Source of the DNA: Nanohaloarchaea archaeon B1-Br10_U2g21
GTDB taxonomy: Archaea; Nanohalarchaeota; Nanosalinia; Nanosalinales; Nanosalinaceae
Length of the DNA stretch: 64,000 bases
NCBI GenBank assembly: GCA_001563915.1
Contig: LKMP01000003.1
Coordinates: 1-64,000, forward strand
Reading direction: 5' to 3'
Shown: positions 58,019-64,000 of the stretch, piece after piece
How positions within the stretch are numbered: position 1 is the stretch's first letter
Layout of the letters: every line of letters starts with the position of its first letter
Made by a program: the position numbers and the translations under genes
Notes under the pieces: model-generated
What the model saw: the letters and a program-made list of their open reading frames with translations, nothing else
Database searches by the model: none
Told to the model about the DNA's origin: nothing

Positions 58019-58759
58019 ATGAAAGCAGAGAACTCCTTCATATTTCTACCCGGAATCGGAGAAAAAACAGAGAAAAACTACTGGAAAAGCGGATACACTC
58101 ACTGGGATCACTTAAAAGATAGTGGAAAACTAAATGAAAGTAAAAGAGAGCTACTTGAACGTGCAGAACGTAACTTAGAAGTTGAAAACACAGTTTTCTT
58201 CAAAGATAAAATGCCTTCAAATACTCTCTGGAGAATATACGAAAACTTTACGGACAAGGTTTGCTTCTTCGATATAGAAACTACAGGTCTTTCTCCAGAA
58301 AGAAACAAAACTACTACCGTCAGCTTTTACCGTAATGGAAAATCAAAGACTTTAATTCGTGGACAAGACCTCACGAGAGAAAGACTAGAGAAAGAATTTT
58401 TTGAATCTAAAATACTTGTCAGTTTTAACGGTAAGAGATTCGATGCACCATTTCTTGAGAAAAACTTCGAACTCGATATCCAGACCCCGCACATTGACTT
58501 AATGTATCTCTACAAACGAATAGGCCTCACAGGAGGTCTAAAAAATATTGAGAAACAGTTAAACGTCAACAGAGAACTTGAAGACATAGACGGTCGTGAA
58601 GCAGTACGACTTTGGAAAAAGTATGAGAAAAACGGAGATACAGAAGCGTTACAGAAACTTGTACGTTATAACCAGTACGATGCAGAGAATCTAAAGGATT
58701 TAATGGAAATTGCAGTCCAGAGACTTGAAAGAAAAGTTTACAGACCTCATCTCAAGTGA
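58019..58759 (+). CDS. predicted RNase H-like 3-prime-5-prime exonuclease (YprB/COG3359-like)
   Basis: FFDIETTGLSPE (DEDD-type exo I motif), an FNGKRFD segment, and a helix-hairpin-helix-like N-terminus (FLPGIGEKTEKNY). Confidence 0.55.
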   Translation: MKAENSFIFLPGIGEKTEKNYWKSGYTHWDHLKDSGKLNESKRELLERAERNLEVENTVFFKDKMPSNTLWRIYENFTDKVCFFDIETTGLSPERNKTTTVSFYRNGKSKTLIRGQDLTRERLEKEFFESKILVSFNGKRFDAPFLEKNFELDIQTPHIDLMYLYKRIGLTGGLKNIEKQLNVNRELEDIDGREAVRLWKKYEKNGDTEALQKLVRYNQYDAENLKDLMEIAVQRLERKVYRPHLK

Positions 58760-59507
58760 GGCCTAAACTTTCAAGAGATTTTCCAGAACCCAGCGTCTTC
58801 AATTCTTCAACTCTTTTTATTTCAATCCACTTGTAATCTGAGTGCTCTTCGTTGAGTTCAACGCCTTTTTCTTCTAAGCTTGCAAGAAATGGATAAACCC
58901 TCCAATATCCTAGTTCTCCCTGACTTATGAACCAGCCTCCTTCGTCTATTATCTCTCCAGTCAAGCCTGTCTCTTCCTTTAATTCGCGTAGAGCAGCCTC
59001 ATGTCTAGATTCGCCTTCTTCTATACTGCCTCCAGGGAAATTCCAGTATCCTGTGCTCGAAGTATGTTTGCTTCGTCGCAAAATTAAGTATTTTTTATCA
59101 TATTCTGAGATAACTGTAGCAACATCGCCTTTGACTATATCTAGTTGTTCTAACGCCTTATATTGTCCTAGCGTGCTATAATTTTGAAATTCTGTAAGAC
59201 TTAACCACTTATAATCTGTGTGTTCCTCCCCTAATTCCACATCGTAAGATTCAGCCTCCATTAATATTGGGACTAGTAACCATTTAGAATCATCCTCACT
59301 AGGGTAACCTTCTCCGAACTTAAGAACTTCAGCATAAAGGCCAGTTTCTTCTTTAAGTTCTCTTAATGCTGTTTTTTTAACCGTTTCTCCCCTCTCAACT
59401 TTTCCGCCTACGAACTCCCAGTAACCATCTGCCGATCTTTTAGCCATCAAATATTTTTCGCCTTTCCTGACCACATTTACTGTAACTTCGCCAGTATAGT
59501 TATTCAT
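58752..59507 (-). CDS. tandem double-Nudix hydrolase
   Basis: Two Nudix boxes (GGKVERGETVKKTALRELKEETGL and GGSIEEGESRHEAALRELKEETGL) in one 251-aa protein. Confidence 0.8.
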   Translation of the reverse strand: MNNYTGEVTVNVVRKGEKYLMAKRSADGYWEFVGGKVERGETVKKTALRELKEETGLYAEVLKFGEGYPSEDDSKWLLVPILMEAESYDVELGEEHTDYKWLSLTEFQNYSTLGQYKALEQLDIVKGDVATVISEYDKKYLILRRSKHTSSTGYWNFPGGSIEEGESRHEAALRELKEETGLTGEIIDEGGWFISQGELGYWRVYPFLASLEEKGVELNEEHSDYKWIEIKRVEELKTLGSGKSLESLGLT

Positions 59508-59908
59508 TGCCCCACCCTCATATAGTAATCTAGATTTTCAACTATAGGAATTGAATAAGCCGCATCTCTATGTAGCTCAAGTTCTCTATACTCTTCAGAA
59601 TCTACCCATTTGTAATTTTGATGTTCGCCAGATAACTCGACTTTCGGCGCTTTTATAGTCGCGTAAAAAATGCTGCAGTCAATCTTTATTTTTTCTCTGA
59701 TGACTATATCAACTAGCCTCGTTATCTCTGCAACTTTTAGACCAGTTTCATCTAATATTTCTCGTGTGGCGGCTTCTTCCAACTCTTCATTCTGAACTTT
59801 ACCTCCCGGAAGCTCCCATTTTTCTGACATAAAATCCTTTCGCTCCGTCTTTTGCAAGGCCAATAAACAGCCATCAGACCTTTTGAGAATTATCTTAACA
59901 ACTTTCAT
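59504..59908 (-). CDS. Nudix hydrolase
   Basis: Nudix box GGKVQNEELEEAATREILDETGL. ATGA-type overlap with the double-Nudix gene. Confidence 0.8.
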   Translation of the reverse strand: MKVVKIILKRSDGCLLALQKTERKDFMSEKWELPGGKVQNEELEEAATREILDETGLKVAEITRLVDIVIREKIKIDCSIFYATIKAPKVELSGEHQNYKWVDSEEYRELELHRDAAYSIPIVENLDYYMRVGQ

Positions 59909-59939
59909 AGGTCTTGTTGATAATGAGGCTAAAAACTTT

Positions 59940-60300
59940 TAAACATGGAGCTATAACTGTAACTTAGTATGACGGCCTTGGTTAATACTAATTGGCTCAC
60001 TGGACACATGTCCATGCAAGTGGTGGATTCAGTGAGGCCTAACTATAACCACAGGGCCAGGGCTAAGTTCTACCAAATTATTAGATTTCTGAAAGAGTAG
60101 AACGGGATGAAGCGCCTTGGCCATCGTGGCAAGGTTGCTGACCGTAAAGCTTCAAAAAATCAGGAAAAAACTCTCACCAGTTCATCTCTCTATCTCTACG
60201 GAACGTAGAACTGGGAAGAGACGGGCAGATCTCGCTAGCAATGTGAGATCTGTTCGGCGACCCTTATTCCGATACCAAAAAAGACGTTACCTACTATAGA
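59940..60300 (+). ncRNA. candidate structured ncRNA (identity unresolved; SRP RNA or RNase P RNA are candidates by size only; strand uncertain)
   Basis: The region is locally GC-enriched (about 50-54% against roughly 40% background). It holds multiple perfect nested hairpins: GGACA-ca-TGTCC; GGCTCACTG…CAGTGAGGCC; GTTCTAC-(23 nt)-GTAGAAC; GAAGC…GCTTC; TCTACG-gaa-CGTAGA; CAGATCTC-(11 nt)-GAGATCTG. No credible ORF is present (the 60-aa ORF at 60117 is Arg-rich and atypical). Confidence 0.4.
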
Positions 60301-60312
60301 GGTGAAGACTAA

Positions 60313-60429
60313 ATGAATGCAAACATGCGAGACTTTGAAGCAGAACTTGAAGCACTTGATGCAGAATTAAAAATGGAAGCAACACAAGTTCAAGCAAGTG
60401 CAGAAGTCATTCGAGCAACTGCGCTCTAA
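60313..60429 (+). CDS. 38-codon ORF (MNANMRDFEAELEALDAELKMEATQVQASAEVIRATAL) with a strong SD
   Basis: GAGGTGA lies 8 nt upstream of the ATG. Acidic, helical, Ala/Glu-rich peptide immediately 3-prime of the candidate ncRNA. Confidence 0.3.
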   Translation: MNANMRDFEAELEALDAELKMEATQVQASAEVIRATAL

Positions 60430-60440
60430 AGAGCTCTAGA

Positions 60441-60911
60441 TCAGTCTTGATAGGCTGCTGACTCAAAAGCTGCCCAGCCATTAGCCATAGAGTCAAGAAT
60501 GGAGGTAAACGACCTAGCAGGTTTTATAACCTTGCGACGGCCTTGAGAACCCTCTCTCGCGTCACGATACTCAAGATATTCATACTTTATGACGCCCAGG
60601 CGCCGAAGCTTAGGTAATATGTTGTTTTTTAGGTTGGACAAACCTTTTTCATGACCCCATTCATCGAAAGAGTTCAGCTTCTCAGAATCTATTTCTCCTT
60701 CTTTTTTGAGCTCATGAAGGAAAATCTTAGCATACTCATTTCTTTTTGGAGACTGCTCTTCAGGAAAAAACAAGTCAACAATTTTCTCCCAGTTCCACGC
60801 TCTTTCAGATAATTTATACTTTTTCCGGTCTTCCGGTATAGCAAGAGAGTTTTTAGTCACTATTGTGGAGGTCTTACGAGCTGTTGCATCGACAAATGGA
60901 TGTTCTGACAT
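60441..60911 (-). CDS. hypothetical protein (156 aa), moderately basic
   Basis: ORF only. Confidence 0.4.
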   Translation of the reverse strand: MSEHPFVDATARKTSTIVTKNSLAIPEDRKKYKLSERAWNWEKIVDLFFPEEQSPKRNEYAKIFLHELKKEGEIDSEKLNSFDEWGHEKGLSNLKNNILPKLRRLGVIKYEYLEYRDAREGSQGRRKVIKPARSFTSILDSMANGWAAFESAAYQD

Positions 60912-60991
60912 ATATACCTTCTTTGTAACGCTTAGTTAAAGTTGGTTTTGGTAGGGCAAGAGGTAAAAACTAGGGAAACTCATCATGTGCT

Positions 60992-61405
60992 ATGCAATTT
61001 AATAAGGCTCTTACACCAGTAATTGCAGTAATGCTACTTCTATTAATCACTTTAGGAGCTGTGGGTACGCTATACACATTAATTGAAGGTCAGCAAGAGC
61101 AAGTGGAGGGTTCAAATCCAGACATATCATTAGATGTCGATGCGCTTAATATAGAGAGTTGCTGGTACGAAAATGGAGACACTCATCTCGCCATTAGAAA
61201 TGAAGGCTCTGGAGAAATCAATAATAGCATGATAGATGCAGATATAGATGGATCGCCACAAAACATTGATTCTCATCCTGAAGGCCTTATTAATCCTCAA
61301 GACACCTTTGAAATAGAAATAGATGGCGAAATCGATGAAGATCAACAAATAGAACTTTATCTAGATGGAGATTCCATAATGCACCGATGTTTTGGCATAA
61401 ATTAA
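60992..61405 (+). CDS. archaeal type IV pilin-like protein (class III signal peptide / Pilin_N)
   Basis: MQFNKALTPVIAVMLLLLITLGAVG matches the archaeal pilin N-terminal (A/TPVIxVxLLVxIT) motif. Acidic extracellular body. Confidence 0.6.
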   Translation: MQFNKALTPVIAVMLLLLITLGAVGTLYTLIEGQQEQVEGSNPDISLDVDALNIESCWYENGDTHLAIRNEGSGEINNSMIDADIDGSPQNIDSHPEGLINPQDTFEIEIDGEIDEDQQIELYLDGDSIMHRCFGIN

Positions 61406-61468
61406 ATACAACATTTTTGGCCAGAAATGAGTTCTTTATTTCAATTTTAACCCACCCAACTTTCCTAT

Positions 61469-61954
61469 ATGGATTACAATAAACTCTCTAAAGAAGAATT
61501 GATACAGGCCTTAAGAACATTAGAAAGAGATCTGGAAAAAGAGCAGCAAAATAGTTCTGAATGGGAAGAGCGGGCAAAAAAGTTTAAGGCAGATCATGCG
61601 AACTACAAGAAGAAAGAGGGAGAAAGGAAAGAAACTTGGAAAAATGAAGCGCAGAAAGAATTAGCTGAAGAAATGATTGAAGTAATGGATAATCTTGAAC
61701 GCGCAATACTGTCTGCAAAACAAGATTCTGCACTGCTACAAGGCGTAAAAATGGTTTCTGATCAGCTCTATGAGAAACTTGAAGAAAGAGGTCTTGAAAA
61801 AATTAATGCAGAAGGAGAAGAATTTGATCCAAGATTCCACAAGGCCGTTGAAAAGAAAGAAGAAGGCAGAAAAGTCGTAGAGCAGAAAAGACAGGGCTAT
61901 ATTTTCAAAGATAAAGTTTTACGAGAATCAGAGGTTGTAGTCGGCGACGAGTAG
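61469..61954 (+). CDS. grpE: nucleotide exchange factor GrpE
   Basis: Coiled-coil N-terminus, FDPRFHKAVE (GrpE FDPxxHEA motif), position immediately upstream of dnaK. Confidence 0.85.
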   Translation: MDYNKLSKEELIQALRTLERDLEKEQQNSSEWEERAKKFKADHANYKKKEGERKETWKNEAQKELAEEMIEVMDNLERAILSAKQDSALLQGVKMVSDQLYEKLEERGLEKINAEGEEFDPRFHKAVEKKEEGRKVVEQKRQGYIFKDKVLRESEVVVGDE

Positions 61955-62093
61955 CTGCAAAATTGCTCAACTATATCGGGTTTTGGACATAGTTTAAAAA
62001 TTTTTATTCACGTCAGTAAAAATAAGGTGGACTATCGAAAATGGATGAAAAGTACAACTTTGCTGAACTTATGGACACCTTGGTGAATTTCAA

Positions 62094-64000
62094 ATGACAA
62101 TAATCGGAATCGATCTCGGAACTACAAGAAGCGCAGTAGCTAAAATTAAAGAAGGCGAACCAAACATAATTGAAAACTCCGAAGGAGAACGTGTAACACC
62201 ATCTATAGTGGCCTTTGATGGGGAAGAAAGGCTTGTAGGAAAAACTGCCAAAAATCAAATTCTAACAAATGAAGAAAACACTGTTAAGTCCATAAAAAGA
62301 CACATGGGCGAAGATTATACTGTTACACTTGAAGGAGACGAATATACTCCTCAAGAAATCTCTTCAATGATTTTACAGAAGTTGAAGAACGATACAGAAG
62401 ATAAAATCGGCGAAGAAATCAAAAAGGCTGTTATAACAGTGCCAGCTCACTTTGATGATACCCAAAGACAAGCTACAAAAGATGCAGGAGAAATCGCAGG
62501 ACTAGAAGTAGAGAGAATACTAAATGAGCCTACAGCAGCAGCCCTCGCATATGGTCTTGAAGACGATCAAGATAAACAAATACTTGTATACGACTTTGGA
62601 GGCGGAACTTTCGATGTCACAGTCCTGGAAATCGGAGACGGCATCTACGAAGTCCAAAGTACTGAAGGAGACAACAATCTTGGTGGAGATGATTTCGATG
62701 AAAAAATTATCGAATGGGTTCTAAACAAGTTTGAAGAAGAAAATAATATCCATTTAGAAAACGACGAAGCTCTGCAGAGAATCAGAGAAAAAGCAGAAGA
62801 GGCCAAAAAAGAGCTGAGTTCAAAAAAGAAGACTAAAATCACCATTCCTTTCATCCATCAAGAAGATGGAGAGACTTACAACATCGATTATGAATTGACC
62901 AGAAGCAAGTTTGAATCGCTTGTAGAAAAACTGATTCAGAGAACCACTAAACCTGTAGAAACAGCTCTAAATGACGCAGATCTTGGAAACAAAGATTTAG
63001 ATGAAGTAATCCTTGTTGGAGGAACAACAAGAATTCCTGCAGTACAAGAACATGTACAGGCCATCACAGGCCTAGAACCAGACCAGTCTATCTCTCCCGA
63101 CGAGGCCGTAGCTATAGGTGCAGCGATTCAGGCAGGTTCCATATCCGGAGACATGGAAGATATTCTACTTCTCGATGTAGCACCCCTTTCACTCGGAGTT
63201 GAAGTTAAGGGAGGTCTAACTGAAACATTGATAGAGAAGAACACTACTGTACCAGCAGAGGAAGCCAAGACGTTCACTACAGCCCAACCAAACCAAACTG
63301 CAGTCACCATACACGTTGTACAAGGCGAGCGCGAAATGGCAAGAGACAACAAGTCGCTCGGCCAATTCAATCTAGAAGGAATCCCCCCTGCACAAGCAGG
63401 AATGCCCCAAATCGAAGTAACTTTTGAGATAGATGCCGACGGAATACTACAAGTAAGTGCCGAAGAACAACAGAGCGGAGAGGAAGCTTCAATCAGTATT
63501 GATGATGCCTCTAGACTTGACGAAGAAGAAATTGAGGACATGAAGAAAGAAGCCGAAAAGCACGCCGAAGAAGACGAAAAGAGAAGAGAGTTTATAGAGA
63601 CCAAGAATAAAGCAGATCAAATAATCTCTCAAGCAGAGACTCAAATCGATAACTTTGAGGACCAAGTCGATGAAGAGCTTATTGACGGAATCAAAGACGC
63701 GATTAAGGATGTTGAAAAATCTAAAGATGAAGCAGAAGATATCGAAAACCTTGAAAAGGCATCTGAACACGTCGATAAGGCAATAGAATCCCTAGAAAAA
63801 GAACTTCAAGAGATTGGAAAGGAAATGTATGGAGATCAAAGCAGTCCTGGAGGAGTAGGAGGATTTGATCCGAGCAACATGAGCGAAGAAGATCTGAAGC
63901 AGGCAGCACAAAATATGAAGGGAACTTCAGAACAGGCTTCAGAAAACGATGTAGTCGACGCAGATTATGAAGAAGTAGATTCTGATACAGAGTCTTCTAA
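62094..64000 (+). CDS. dnaK: molecular chaperone DnaK (Hsp70), 3-prime partial (runs off window end)
   Basis: IIGIDLGTTRSAVA, DLGGGTFDVTVLEI and IVLVGGTTRIPAVQE motifs. The frame is open through nt 64000, ending …DVVDADYEEVDSDTESS. Confidence 0.95.
   Translation, partial: MTIIGIDLGTTRSAVAKIKEGEPNIIENSEGERVTPSIVAFDGEERLVGKTAKNQILTNEENTVKSIKRHMGEDYTVTLEGDEYTPQEISSMILQKLKNDTEDKIGEEIKKAVITVPAHFDDTQRQATKDAGEIAGLEVERILNEPTAAALAYGLEDDQDKQILVYDFGGGTFDVTVLEIGDGIYEVQSTEGDNNLGGDDFDEKIIEWVLNKFEEENNIHLENDEALQRIREKAEEAKKELSSKKKTKITIPFIHQEDGETYNIDYELTRSKFESLVEKLIQRTTKPVETALNDADLGNKDLDEVILVGGTTRIPAVQEHVQAITGLEPDQSISPDEAVAIGAAIQAGSISGDMEDILLLDVAPLSLGVEVKGGLTETLIEKNTTVPAEEAKTFTTAQPNQTAVTIHVVQGEREMARDNKSLGQFNLEGIPPAQAGMPQIEVTFEIDADGILQVSAEEQQSGEEASISIDDASRLDEEEIEDMKKEAEKHAEEDEKRREFIETKNKADQIISQAETQIDNFEDQVDEELIDGIKDAIKDVEKSKDEAEDIENLEKASEHVDKAIESLEKELQEIGKEMYGDQSSPGGVGGFDPSNMSEEDLKQAAQNMKGTSEQASENDVVDADYEEVDSDTESS

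Noticed and set aside
60117-60299. 60-aa Arg-rich ORF inside the GC-rich structured block
   Set aside because: Composition (R/K-rich, pI very high) is unlike the acidic proteome. The region is better explained as structured RNA.
59940-60300. Assignment of the structured RNA specifically as RNase P RNA or SRP RNA
   Set aside because: Could not locate the universal P4 (GGAAAGUCC-like) or SRP helix-8 (AGCAG/GNRA) motifs by eye on either strand. Kept only as a generic ncRNA candidate.
62013-62258. 81-aa minus-strand ORF overlapping the dnaK start
   Set aside because: Overlaps the conserved DnaK N-terminus antisense. Phe/Tyr/Cys-rich spurious frame.
63128-63770. Two minus-strand ORFs (158 and 93 aa) inside dnaK
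   Set aside because: Antisense to a highly conserved Hsp70 gene. Ser- and Phe-rich, atypical composition.
1-64000. CRISPR arrays, IS elements/transposases, integrases, rRNA genes
   Set aside because: No direct-repeat arrays, terminal inverted repeats with transposase ORFs, or rRNA-like GC-rich blocks were seen. The only mobile-element-like signal is the basic ORF at 14429-15130, reported as a finding.

Overview
This window reads as archaeal chromosome, about 40% GC and densely packed with genes on both strands. The encoded proteins are very acidic (rich in D and E), as expected for a salt-in halophile. Strong GGAGGTGA-type Shine-Dalgarno sites and TTTATA boxes sit roughly 25-30 nt upstream of starts, and the ftsZ-secE-nusG-L11-L1-L10(P0)-L12(P1) cluster is characteristically archaeal. 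That combination fits a nanohaloarchaeon-like (DPANN) genome, but this is inference from composition alone. Most genes are housekeeping: leuS, alaS, serS, ftsZ, ribosomal proteins, topA, polB, cdc48, radB, dnaK/grpE (dnaK runs off the 3-prime edge), a complete pyruvate-dehydrogenase operon, an aromatic amino-acid cluster, msrA/msrB, ADP-forming acetyl-CoA synthetase, malic enzyme, and a 5-prime-truncated ADP-dependent sugar kinase. I found no CRISPR array, rRNA, convincing tRNA or IS element. The items I think deserve a second look are: (1) an overlapping RimL-type GNAT plus S66 LD-carboxypeptidase pair that resembles the MccE-CTD/MccF immunity pair against aminoacyl-nucleotide antibiotics; (2) a DUF1704/MATCAP-like HExxxH metallopeptidase gene directly downstream of the acidic ribosomal stalk gene P1; (3) a basic, opposite-strand ORF inserted between the normally adjacent L10(P0) and L12(P1) genes; (4) a C2H2 zinc finger-TM-DsbA-like fusion, present twice, one copy followed by a polytopic membrane protein with an intramembrane CAAC motif; (5) a roughly 360-nt GC-enriched, hairpin-rich candidate ncRNA followed by a 38-codon ORF with a very strong SD; (6) two tandem paralogous small membrane proteins inserted between ftsZ and secE; (7) a PDH E2 gene whose lipoyl domain lies upstream of the first ATG, implying a non-canonical start. 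All coordinates come from the supplied ORF track and direct reading of the sequence, and all family assignments come from motifs I recognised by eye. I ran no database searches.
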